Shown in pieces: positions 13,048 through 24,703 of a DNA stretch of 64,000 nucleotides. The notes beneath the pieces were generated by a model. That model saw only the letters and a list, made by a program, of their open reading frames with translations, did not search any database and was not told where the DNA came from. Where the stretch lies: positions 124,001-188,000 of the forward strand of contig QPMI01000542.1 of NCBI GenBank assembly GCA_004431415.1, given 5' to 3'. This DNA comes from Cyanophora paradoxa CCMP329. Its lineage: Eukaryota; Plantae; Glaucophyta. Position numbers and translations under genes: made by a program. Each line of letters opens with the position of its first letter. Position 1 is the stretch's first letter.

Positions 13048-16000
13048 TTAGGCGGTGAACGTGAGGGCCGAGGGCTGGGCGGGCCCGGCCTCGACGTCCC
13101 CCTCGGGGCCGCGGCCGGGGTACATGGCGACGTTGTGGATCTTGGCGCCGGCGCCGCTTCCGGGGTACACTGCGGCGCCGAGCGCGAGGGCCGCGGCGCG
13201 CGCCCGGCGGCGGCGGTAGACGGCGCCGGCGGCGACGAGGGCGGCCAGGGCGGCTGCGGGAAGGGTCAGGCCCAGGCCTAGGGACGATGGGAATTCAAAT
13301 TCAAAGCGAATTCGTTGGAGAGGCGCACCGGCGACGGCCGCGCCAGCGGAGGCCATGGCGACTTGGGCGGTAGGGAGGCCGGCGGCCGCGGGGGCGGAGG
13401 CGCCCGCGCCGACGGGCGCCGAGACCGAGAGGAGCGTCAGCGACCCCTCGAGCACCCCCAGGGCCTGCCGGGGCGCGCTAGCGCTCAGCGCCACTTCGAG
13501 CCCGGACTCGGATCCGACGAGGAGAGGCGTACCCCCTCCTGGATCTGGACGGAGACGGCGGCCTCGGTCGAGTGCGTCCACGTCCACGTCTGCAGCGGAG
13601 TCGGGGTTCGGGGGGTACGCGCCCGAGCCGGGGCGGGGTACGCGGCGCGGCGCCGGCACCTTGGCGGAGGGCCAGGCGGAGTACTCGGCGGGGTTGGGGA
13701 CCAGCGAGGTGGAGAGGTTCAGCTGGAGGGTGAACTGGGCGGCGCCGGGGGCCAGCGCCAGGCCGCTCGCCCTGTGCGGGGGCCCGGGGGTGAGGGTGAG
13801 GGGCGCGAGGTTGGACAGAGGAGAGGGGGCGCGCGCACGGGGAGACGACGACGCTGGCCTGGGCGGGGCTGCCGTCCCTGCGCAAGATTTGATTTAGCAT
13901 GCGAAGGAAAGGCTGCAGCGGGTCGGGTCGGGGAAGGAGGGCACCGGAAGAAGACGGTCCCGGGGGAGGCAGCGTCCGCGAAGTCCGCCTCGGTGAACGT
14001 CGGCTCGGCCCCGGGCTGCGCGGGGCGGCTGAGGCTCAGGGTCCGAGAGGGAGGCGGGCCGGGGGGCCGACGCGGGGCCGGGGGGGGGATCGGACCTGGG
14101 CGACGCGGAGGGGGGCGACCCGTCCGCCGGAGAGGAGGAGCGCGGCGGCGACGAGGCGGCGCTCGGGGGGCGTGGGGTACAGGCCCCCGTCCGCCTCCAC
14201 CGACGCGTTGAAGGCCAGCAGCTGGGGTACGGCGATCGATCTCGGGGGGGTACGATGCGGAGGAGGCGGGGGGGAGCGGAGGGGGCACCGAGTTCAGCTT
14301 GACGCTCGCGATTGGCCATTTCTTCTCGAGGAGGGGCTGGGGGGGGGGTACGTCAGGGAGACGAGGGCGGGGATGGGGGACGGGCGGACGTCTCTGGGTT
14401 TGGGCCTGGGACCGTAGACGATGGCCTGGGCGGGGCGCACGAGGGGCCGGGCGCTCGCCTCGCGAATCTGGGGGTACCGGTGCGGGTCAGGGGAGGGGGG
14501 CCGGGGCGGGCGGGGGGTACGGGGTGCGAGGACCTCCTCGAGGGCGGAGGAGAACTGGGCGGCGGCGGCGCGGAGGAGGCCGGCGGCAGTGGCGGCGCCC
14601 TGGGCCGAGCCGAGCGCGCGGGAGGCGGCGGCGGCGAGCGCGGCGGGCACGTCGACTTCCGCGGTGCCGGCGCCGTCGGCCGCGAGGCGCCTGCGGGACC
14701 GCGAGGTCGAGCAGGGCCCCTTGGAGGCGCACGCCCGCGCGGCGATCTTGCGCGGCTTCCGCACGCCCTCCGCGTACGCCTCCCGGAACACCGGCTCGTC
14801 CAGCTGCGAGGCGCACACTAGTAAAAAGGGGTCCGAACTGATCTAATTACGACCCGGTGACCTAATTGCGACTGATCTAATTCAGATCTTATTGCAATTC
14901 GGTCGGAGTTAGATCGGAGCTTGCGCCGCCTATATCTGATAGCCTATAGCCTTCTAGCCCTACAGCCCTTAGCCTAGTAGAGCCCTTGGCCCTTAGCCTA
15001 GTCCAGCTGCGAGGCGGATCCGGAGGCCGGGAGCTGAGCGCTCTATGAATAGAGAACCGCGGGGGTACGCGCGCGGACCTGCCCGATGCGGGTGGCGGCG
15101 TCGGCGGCTAGGGCGGGGTACGCCCTCTCCTCCGCGCCGAAGCCGGCACTGTACCCCGCCAGGTACGCCTCGGGCTTCTCGATCTGGCGCGGGGTATCGA
15201 TCTCGGTCCGGCGTCGATATCGATATCGCGCCGGGGCTTAAGCTTCGGATGGGGCGCACGGGGGGTAGGAGGAAGAGCGCGTCGCGGAAGCCGCAGGCGA
15301 AGGCGTACGGGTCCGGGAGGGGGTCGGCCGAGCCCTCGGCGGGGGCTGGCACGGCGGCCGCCCAGGCGGCCAGCAGCCGCGCGGTCGCGTTGTTGTAGAC
15401 CTCGACGTACGTCGCGAAGGGCTGAGGGTTGCGCTTCTTCAGACGCGGCGAATTGCAAGGCGCAGCTCGAAGTCCGCGGGGGACGCACGGTGCGGGCGGC
15501 GGGCGCCGAGGACCAGTCGGGGGGCCCTTCGCCCCAGCGGCCGCGGTAGATCGCGGAGGAGGAGGACCACTCCCAGGGGACTGTGTCCGCCTCGCCGTAC
15601 CCGTACGCGCTGGACGCCCGCTTCCCCGACTGCGGCGCGATCGCGATGAGCCGCGCAAAGCCGCGGCTCGGCTCGGCTCGGGGCGGGGCGGGGCGGGCGC
15701 ACGAAGCCGGGCTTGGGGCGGACGAGGCCGGTGCCGGGCCCGCCCACGCGCATGAGGGCCTGCATCTGGTCCTCGATCGCCTGGCGCGCGCGGGCCGGGG
15801 CATCAGATCGAGGTCGGGCCCAGAAGAGCCGCGGGCGGGGCCGCAGCCAGCGGGGGCGGACGTACGTCTTCGTAGGCCCCGTCGATGTCCTCGGCCCAAT
15901 GCGTGCGGCGGATGATCGCGCGCGCCGATTCTTTCGCCGCCTGCGCGCGCACGGGCGGGGCTCAGCGGCCGCGGGCTCCGGATCCGGAGGGGCGCGGCCG

Positions 16001-19000
16001 GCCGCGGCTGCCCGCGCCTCGTCCAGCTTGTCGGGGGAGGAGCCGAGGGCGCCCGCCAGGCCCTTCAGCTGCTCCTCCACCGCCTGCGGATCCGGAGGGC
16101 GGTCAGCTGAGAGAGAGAGGCCCGAGGTCGAGAGAGAGAGGGCGCACCGCGTCGTATGTGCCGGCGATCTCGTCGGCCCAGTGCGTGCGGCGGATGATTG
16201 CGCGCGCCGACTCCTTCGCCGCCTGCGCGCGCGGGGGGGGGGGCTCATGATCAGATCAGCGGGCTCCGGAGGGGCGCGCGCGGCCGGCCGCGGCTGCCCG
16301 CGCCTCGTCCAGCTTGTCGGGGGAGGAGCCGAGGGCGCCCGCCAGGCCCTTCAGCTGCTCCTCCACCGCCTGCGGCTCCGGAGGGCGGTCAGGTCAGGTC
16401 GACGCCCGGTCGGCCGGAGGCCGAGCTCGAGGTCGTGAGAGAGGGCGCACCGCGTCGTATGTGCCGGCGATCTCGTCGGCCCAGTGCGTGCGGCGGAGGA
16501 TGCCCCGCGCCGCGTCCGCCTGCTCCTGCGCTCGCCTCAGCGGGCCGTCGACGTCCGGCGGCTCGAGCTCGGCCGGCGCGGGCCGGGACTCGCCGGTTTG
16601 ACTTCGCCGGAGCCGAAGAGGGCCGTCAGAGCCTGCAGCTGCTCCTCGACCGCCTGCGCGGGCGGTCAGCAAAGCTTAAGGGCCGATCGCGAGCTGCAAA
16701 TTTAAAGTTCAGGCCTAGGGGCGCGCACCGCGTCGTAGGAGGCGGCGATCTGGTCCGCCCAATGCGCGCGGCGCGCGGCCTCCTGCGCCTCCGCCAGCGC
16801 CTCGACCGCGCTCGGCTGCTTCTCGCCCGGCCTCCGCCGCCCGGCCTCGAAGCCGGCCCTGTACGCCGCGAGGGCTTCCTCCGCGCCCGCCCTGGAGAGC
16901 TCGCCGGCGCCGGCGGCGAGGCCGTCCGCCATGCCGCGCTGGAACTCGTCGAACGAGCTCGAGCCGACCGAGAAGGCCGCGCGGGCCTTCTCCGTCTCCG
17001 GGCTCAGGTCCACGGCGACGGCCGCCGCGAAGCCGGCGCCGAAACCGGCGCGGGCCGAGGCCACGTCGATGGCGGCGAAGGAGGGGTGCGGCAGGCCGCG
17101 GCGGTACGAGGCCCCGGCGCGCAGGGCGACGGCGGCGGGGCCGAAGCCGGCCGCGTACGCGTCGGGGGCGAAAAGGCCGGCGAGGTGCACGAGCCCCGCG
17201 TCGCCGCCGGCCGCGGCCGCGCGGGCGGCCTCCTCGAAGGACCGCAGGGCCAGCCGGCCCCGCAGGTAGCCGGCGTTGTAGGAGCTCGGGAGGAGCGGGC
17301 GGCCGCCGAGGGCGCCCAGGCCGTGCCCGAAGCCGCGGCGGAACGAGGCCGCGACGACGGCGCCCAGGTCCGCGCGCCACGTCACGGGCGAGTCGTTGGT
17401 CGCGTAGGGGAGGACGGTCGCCTTGGACCAGGAGGAGGGCGGCGCGTCGGCGGCCCCCGGGGCGGAGAGGTACGTCTCCTTGTAGGCCCGCGCGAAGAGC
17501 TGCCGCTCGACTTTGGAGCCGGCCGCGTAGCCCGCCTCGAAGCTCGCCTCGCCGGCCTGCGCGCCGCCGCCCCTCAGAGGGGGGCGGCGGGGGCGGCGTA
17601 GTCGACGTCCGCGTCTGCATGCACCTGGCTGAGCGCGTAGTCGACGCCGGCGTCTGCGAGGAGGAGGAGGGCGCGGGCGCGGCGCCGCTCGAGCTCGCCG
17701 AAATCGACGTCTCCGGCGTCGAGGGCGACCTCGTGGATGGCCGCGTGGCCCTCGTGGAGGCTCAGGTCGTACTGCGCCCCGGAGGCGTCCTGGCACGCCG
17801 CGTCGTCGAAGGCCCAGCGCCCTGCATGGCCGCTCGGCGGTGAGGCCCGAGGCGCCGGACGAAACGCTGGGAGGGGCGGCGCGGGGTCGGCACCGGAGGC
17901 GGAGCACTTCTCCTTGCCCGCCGTGTCGTCAAAGAGGTGCCAGCGGCCTGCGGGGCGTCAACGAGGGGGGAGGGGGGGGGAGCGAGCTCGAGGGGGGTAC
18001 CGGAGCCAGAGAAGCCGTCCGTGGAGCCGATGCGGGCCGCATAACCCGGCGGCCGCTTGACCCGGTGCTTGCGGCCGTTTACCCCGCCCGTGCCGACCAG
18101 CAGGCCGCGGCGGCCCTGCGCCTGGCCGCTGGACGTGTCGAGCCCGCGGCCGTCGTCGAACGTGTAGCGCGACCCGCCGCCCACGGGCGGCCTGCGGTCG
18201 CCGCGCCATCAGAGGAGGCGTCGGAGCGGAGCGGAATCGAATGGGGCGAAACAAGGGTTACAAAGCTTGTTTTATAGTGAAATTATATGATTTTTTAAGA
18301 AATTCAAAAGAAAATGGGGGGGACCGGTAGCTGGCGAGGACGCCTGCGCGGCAGGCGGCCGCGAAGGCCGCCGCGACCGTCCCCGGGTCCGCCTTCATCG
18401 CCGCCTCCAGGGCCTGGGACGGGTACCGCTCAGGCTAGGGGGGTACCGATCTAGAGGGGGCCGCGCCTGGTCGCAGAGGGCGCCGGCCTCGCCGCCCGCC
18501 CGGCGCCCCGCCTCGAGACCTGCCCAGTACCTGCGGCGCGGCTCAAGCTCAAGAGGCTCGGAGGCCTCGGGCCGAGCCGGGGGAGCGCGCGGGGCGGGGC
18601 GGGGCGGACCAGCCCTCGTCCTGCTCGTCCATGCGGCGCCACGACTCGACGCCCCCGCTGTACGCGCTGCGCCGGCCGCGCGCGGGTCAGCCGCCGGCCG
18701 GGCGGCGCGCGGGGCGCCGGTCACCTCTTCTGGACGGCCGGGTCCTTCTTGTACGCCCGGGCGCCGTCCTCGTACCCCCCGCGGTAGGACGACGTTGCGT
18801 CCGCAGGCTGCCGCAATTCAAAGCGGGCTCCGAAATTCGGAGGACTGACTGCAGCTGCGCACGACGGGCGGGGGAGCGGGCTGGGCGCCCGCCACGAATC
18901 CGGCGACGTAGTCCTTGAAGAGGGGCTGCGCAAATCAAGCCGTCAGACGTTTATATCGATCGGCGAAGTTTATAGCCTCGCGGCCATGACCGGCGCACCG

Positions 19001-22000
19001 CGTCGAGGCCCGACCACGCGTCGTCGAAGCCGCGCGCGAAGCTCGCCTCGTCGAAGAGGCGGCCCTCCTCGTCCCCGCCGGCCCGCACCTCCCCCGACCC
19101 GCGGCCGAAGAGGCGGAACGGCGGCTCCGCCTTCGACTCCGGCGCCGTCCCCGGCGGCTGGACGAAGGGCTCCTTGGCCGCCGCCGTGAGCGCGCGGTCG
19201 CGCTTCGCGTCCCGCACGCGCGCCGCCGCCGTCGCCTCGCCCGTCAGCGGGTCGACGCGGACGCGCCACGCCGTCCCGTGGCCCGTGCAGTTCTTCGGGC
19301 AGTAGGGCCCGCCGTTCCCAGCCGTGTACGCGAGGCGGGCGGCGGAGGCGGCCGACTTGTCCTGCCCGAAAATCAAACCGGTACCCCTCAGAAAAGCCCC
19401 CTTGAAGAAGGGAGGGAGGGGGGGGCCGCGGACCGCCCCGGCGAGGATGGCGGCGTTGGCGAGGGGCGCGAGGGAGGCCGCGGGCTTCGAGCCGCTCGCC
19501 GCGACGCAGGCGTCCTCGGAGCAGTCGGGGCCGGAGAAGGGCGGGATGGTGCCCCCGGGCTTCGGCTTCCGAGGGGCGCCGGACGCGCAGGCGCTTCGCA
19601 TGTGCGTGTTGTCGCTGCGCGCTCGTGTCAGGGGAAGCGAGGACTGCAGCGGGAGAAGCTTAAGCTCACATGAACTCGGCGCGTCCGTCCGTCTTAAGGC
19701 GGTAGGCACCGACCGGGCCGGCGTGCCAGGTGCCGTCGCTTGCCCCGCGTCGACGTCAGGCCCGCAATCGCTTATATTAATTAAGAGCGGAGATTTAGAG
19801 CGCACGCGATATTCCAGTCGACGGGGGGGCAGGCGGTCCAGGCGGAGCCGGCGTGGAACGAGGAGCCGGAGCGTACCCCCCCCACGCCCGCCTCGCCGCA
19901 GGCCGACCCTCCCGCGCAGCTCATCGCGTAGCTCTCCAGAACCGACTCGGCGCTCGTCTGGCGGCGCTTAAGCTTCAGCCTAGTCCTAGGCCTCGGGCGC
20001 GCGAGCTCGAGGCCGGGCGGGAGGTTTAATTTCGCACGCGGAGGGACTCGCGGACGGCGGCGACGCCGCCCTCGGAGGTCGGCGCGTGGCAGACCTGGCC
20101 GGCCCGGGCCCGTCAGTTGCGCGGCCGCTGCGGATCGAGCCGGGCCGCACCTCGAGCACGCTGCCGGCGGGGGCGAGGGCGGGGGCCCCCCACGCCTTGG
20201 TCACGTGGTCGCTCTCGGCCTTGCACCAGACGCGGTTGGCGGGCGGCTTGCCCGCCGCCGCCTGCGCGAAGAAGCGCGACGCGGGTGTCTCCGACGCCGA
20301 CGGGCGCGGGAAGGCCTTTGGCAGCTCGGCGCTGCCGGCCTGGAATGGCCCGCCCCTCGGCTCAGAATGCATTGCATGCAAGAGGAGGAAATTAATTTAA
20401 AGGGGGGTACCTTGAAGTAGCGGGGCTGCGAGCGCGGATTGCCCTCCGTGTCCTGCGGGGTTCGTCAGGGATCCGGAGCGGCCGGCCTATTTTAAGAACC
20501 GGGGGGGTACCAGGACGACGACGCGCTGCACCGAGCCGGAGACGCACGTCTCGGTCACCTCGTCCCCCTTCTGCGGGCCCTCCGGATCGATTCCCGGATC
20601 CGGAGGGTCGGGTTTGGGCGGCCTTCGCGCACGGCGGTCTGGGAGCAGGAGGCGGCGGCGACGCGGGCGAAGCCGGAGGCGAGGAGCGCCTCCTCGGCGA
20701 ACGTCAGCCTGCGCCCGCCGACGATCTTGCGCGGGGCGGAGTAGGCCCTCTCCAGCTCGGCGTCGCTCGCAGGGGCCTGCCGAGGCTCTCTCGGATCGAG
20801 GGGGGTACGGTCGCGGATCGGATCGAGGGGGGTACGCATGCGCACGGCGGGGAGGGGCCGCCCGTCGATCACGACGCGCGCGTCGCTGGAGGGCTCTCCC
20901 ACGGGCTGCTTCTCGCTCGCGATGCCCTCCTTCTGCGGGGGGTACTCGGTGACTCGAACTTACGGCGGGCGCGGGCGGTCCGCGCAGAAATCTAGACGCG
21001 CACGATGGCGCCGGTGTTGCTGGTGCTGTTCAGGGAGTGGACGGCGATCCCGGGGGCGCCCGCCTCGCGGCTCTGCGTCGCCAAGGGTCGGCGGCCGTAG
21101 GATCCGGAGAGGAGGAGAGGAGAGGAGGGCATGGACGGACGAAGCTGCGGGCGCGGAAGCGCGGGGACCCGGCGGTGGCGAAGCCGCGAGCGAGGGCGGC
21201 GTCCGGCACGCAGGCCTCCACCACCTCCGCCTCGCTCTGCGCGCGGCCCGTCGAGATCGAGTCAGCCTGGAAATCGCTCGGCGACGAGCTCGAGGAAGGG
21301 TACACGACACGTACGGTGTAGAGGTAGCAGGAGGAGGTGGGGGCCGCCCCTTTGTACCAGGCAGGAGAGAAGTCGCCGGGGCGCTGCGGCCGGCCTCGAG
21401 CTCAGGGCGGAGCCGGCCCGGCTAAAAATAGAACGAAAGGGGACGGGACCTGGGGAACGAAGTGGCGGACGTCGAGGACGTTCCCGTCGTCATCCTGCGG
21501 GGTACGGGTGCACGCTCGATCTAAATTTAGACGGGAGCGGAAATCAAAGGAGGCGCACGCGGCGCGTGTAGGTGCGGGAGAGGATGCGGCCCGACGCGTC
21601 CTGCCCCGAGACGGAGGTCAGGCCGGATCAAATTCGAACCTCAACGGGCAATATTAATATTGATCGCAATCTGCGTACCCGCTCGGTGTAGCGCTGGAGG
21701 TTGCGGCGGGGGCACGCGGGGTCCTCGAGCTTGCAGCCCGCCGCGGGGAGCCACGCGAGGCACGTCTCGCCCCACACCGTCTGCTCGCCCTTCTCGCCCG
21801 CCCCCTGCTCCGACCCGCCCTCAGGTCGATCGACCTCGATCCCCCTCCGCCGGATTCGAACCCGCGCACCCGCTCTTCGACGTAGCAGGGGAAGGCGCCG
21901 GCGGGGGCCGAGAGCGCCGCCGCGTAGAACGCGTCGACCACGCCGTCCTCGTCCTGCGAATTCGAGGCCGCGAGCCTAGCCTGAGGACACGGGGTACAAA

Positions 22001-23399
22001 GTACTCCGGATCCGGAAGGCGCGGACCCGCTGGGAGAAGAAGGTGGCGACGTCGAACTGGAGACCCTCGGCGGTGCGGGCCGCGCAGCCGGCCTTGAGGA
22101 GCTCGCTCTGGCCCGCCCGAAGCTCCTTCGCGTCGGGCTTGTCGAACGGGAGGAAGGCCTGCCCGGCCCGCGGATCAGTACTAGTCTTCCCTCTCATGAT
22201 CAGAGTCTCAGAGTCTCGCGGACCGAGAAGGTGCAGGCGGTTTCGTTGGGGAGCTTCCCCGGGGGCATGATCGCCACCTCCATGCGGACGTACGCCGCGG
22301 CGCTGCGCGGGGCCCGGGGGGTGTTAAGGGCGCCGAGGAGGGGCGTATCGAATCCGACGGGCCGGGGGCGCACGCGGCCTCGTCGGTCGTGCCGGAGGGG
22401 CCGGCGCTGGGGCCGATGAGGCTGTCGCCGCTGCGGATCCGGACGGAGGACGTCAGAGACTCGAATCCGAACGCATAACAGAGAGGGGGGGGGGGGGCGG
22501 GGGGGTAGACCTCTGGAGGACCTCGTCGGTGGTGCCGGAGGGGCCGGCGTCTCTGACTGGAGCGTCCCCGTAGCGCGTCCTGCGCGTTGCGCGCGCGGAA
22601 TAATTAAGCTTAAGGACCGTCGGACGAGCGTCGGACAAGAGGCGGACGGACAGGAAGCGGAGGGCGATGGGGGCGGTCGGGTCGGCGACGACCGGGGCGA
22701 CCTCGGCGACCGCCTCGGCTCGGAACGGCGCCCCGGCGCAGATGAGGCCGCCGGCCGGCCCCGGCCCGCCGTAGGCGCCGGCGGGCGCGAGGGCGCGCGG
22801 GTAGCCGCACTGCGGCGCGACGAAGAGGGCGACGGAAGCGCCGGCGTCGTCTTTGATGATGAGCGGCTCGGTGGGGAGGCTGGAGCCCAGGACGTCAAGC
22901 GACGCCTCGCCCGGGGCGCCCTTCGGGCCGATGAACGCGGTCACTGCGCCGCTCTGCGGTCTCGCGATCAGCGGCATGAGATCTGAGGGTCCGGAGCATG
23001 CACCTCCCTGTCGAACTGAAGGCCGACGCGCACGCACGCGCCGTTGGCGTTGCAGAGTTCGAGGGGGGCGGCCGGCTGCCCCTCCAGCGTCGCGTTGAGG
23101 AGGCGGAGGAAGTCGTCGGAGCGGGTGTCGAAGGGGGGCGTCTGGAAGGCGAGGGCGGCCGAGGCCGGGCAGCCGACGAGGCCCGGAAACGAGCCGGCGC
23201 AGGCCCCCTGGGCCGCCCCGCTCGAGACGAGGCCGCCCCTGAAGCCCGCGCAGCCTTCGCGCATGCCTTTGAAGGCCCCCGGCAAGCTTGCCGGCTTGAA
23301 GTTCGTCGGCTTGGGCTTCTTGCACTCCGCCGCACTCGCAGTGGCCAGCACCGCGCTCAGGACGAGGAGCACGGCTGCGGTGTGGGGGTGAGCTGTCAT
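13048..23399 (-). CDS. Large multi-exon predicted type I membrane/surface protein (signal peptide, Cys-containing ectodomain, GxxxG-like helical repeats, C-terminal TM)
   Basis: ATG at 23399 opens MTAHPHTAAVLLVLSAVLATASAAEC (signal peptide-like). A chain of minus-strand exons with GT/GC..AG boundaries follows. The last exon has GLTLPAAALAALVAAGAVY-RRRR (TM + basic stop-transfer) before the stop at 13048. The single-gene interpretation is an inference. Confidence 0.6.
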
Positions 23400-24327
23400 T
23401 GCGCACACGGGTCCGATCCGGCTCCGGGATCCGGGGATCCGGGCGGGCTTAGGAACCGGAAAAGGGGGAACAGGAGGCTGCAAGCAGCGGGTTTAGGGCG
23501 GCTTTATGCGCGATCTGGACGCCGGGGGGCGTTCCGGATCCCCAGGTCCTGTCTCGGAGCGCATGGGCGGGTCCGATCCGGGCGCGGGCGTGCGCGTACC
23601 GGCGAACGAGCAGTTGCACAGCGACGGACGCGCCGCAGAGCAGCCTCTTCCGCCCGCCATGGCGGCTGCGCGTTGCAGCTGCTTGGACGGAGGCGTCGGA
23701 ACGCCGCGCGCGTCGACGAGCCTCGGATGCGGCGGCTGCTGTCCGAAGGTCGGAGATCGTACACAAGTTCAGAAAGCTTGGTAGCTGGTCACGGCGAGGG
23801 CGCAGCGCCGCGGAGAGCTCTTTCTGACGTCGGCGCTGCTGCTTCTCGCTGCCGGGCGCCAGCTCAGGCCTAGGCCCAGCTGGCGCCGGCTATAGGCTAT
23901 AGCTGGGCGACGCGTGTTCGATCATCCTCGAGCTCGTCGGTTTTGGATTAATGATCCTGAATCCGATCCGTTAACGTTATAACGTTAACGTGTTCTTGGC
24001 AACTTCTTGCGCATGCGGAATTATTAATGATCCGGAATCTTGCCGCGCCGCTTCTTTCGAAGTCGATTGTCCGATCCATTATTGCGGACAATTTGCGGTG
24101 AGATAGCCTCCGAGCTCGGAGGGGAGAGCGCCGGGGACGGTTACCGCATTCCCGCCATGGCCAGCTTCGGCCTCGATATATCGATCCCTGTCGAGGGCGC
24201 GGCGCGCCCCGCGAGCTAGCAGACGCTGCGGATCCCCATTATCACCGCCCCGCGGCCGACGCGCTCCGGCGCTGTGCGGTGTAGATAAGGCTTTCGGAGG
24301 CCGTGCCGCAGAGCGCATCATTCGCAG

Positions 24328-24597
24328 ATGGGCTGCTGCAACAGCGGCTGCGTACGGATGGAATTCCCGGCGCCAGCACGCCGGCGCCTGCAGCTGCACG
24401 CGGGCCAGACCGTCCTGCCCGACGTGGTCTTCGCGCAGCCCGTGCCGCTCACCGAGCAGCGGCAGCAGAAGCCGGGCACGGGATACACGTACACGCACGC
24501 CGGACACACGCACGACGGGAACGTGCCAGCGCATCACCACCGACCGAACTATCGTATCGCTTCCAACGTTAACGCCCGGAAGCTGCAGCGCCAATAG
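24328..24597 (+). CDS. Small hypothetical protein (89 aa) starting MGCC, possibly N-acylated
   Basis: Non-repetitive ORF with G/C-ending codons, an MGCC N-terminus and a His-rich segment. The ATG directly follows a CGCAG acceptor-like site. Confidence 0.4.
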   Translation: MGCCNSGCVRMEFPAPARRRLQLHAGQTVLPDVVFAQPVPLTEQRQQKPGTGYTYTHAGHTHDGNVPAHHHRPNYRIASNVNARKLQRQ

Positions 24598-24703
24598 ACA
24601 GCCCGCCGGAACGACCGGCGGACCGGATCGCACGCACGGCGCGGCGCGCGCAGGAGGAGGTCGAAGCGGACCCGCACCCGCACTGCGCCGCCATCATGAT
24701 CAG

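Noticed and set aside
15977-15988. TCC-GGA-TCC-GGA as a seventh triplet-inversion example
   Set aside because: Equally explained by simple slippage of an existing TCCGGA hexamer, so not counted. The 4-bp insertion at ~53995 also does not fit the rule exactly.
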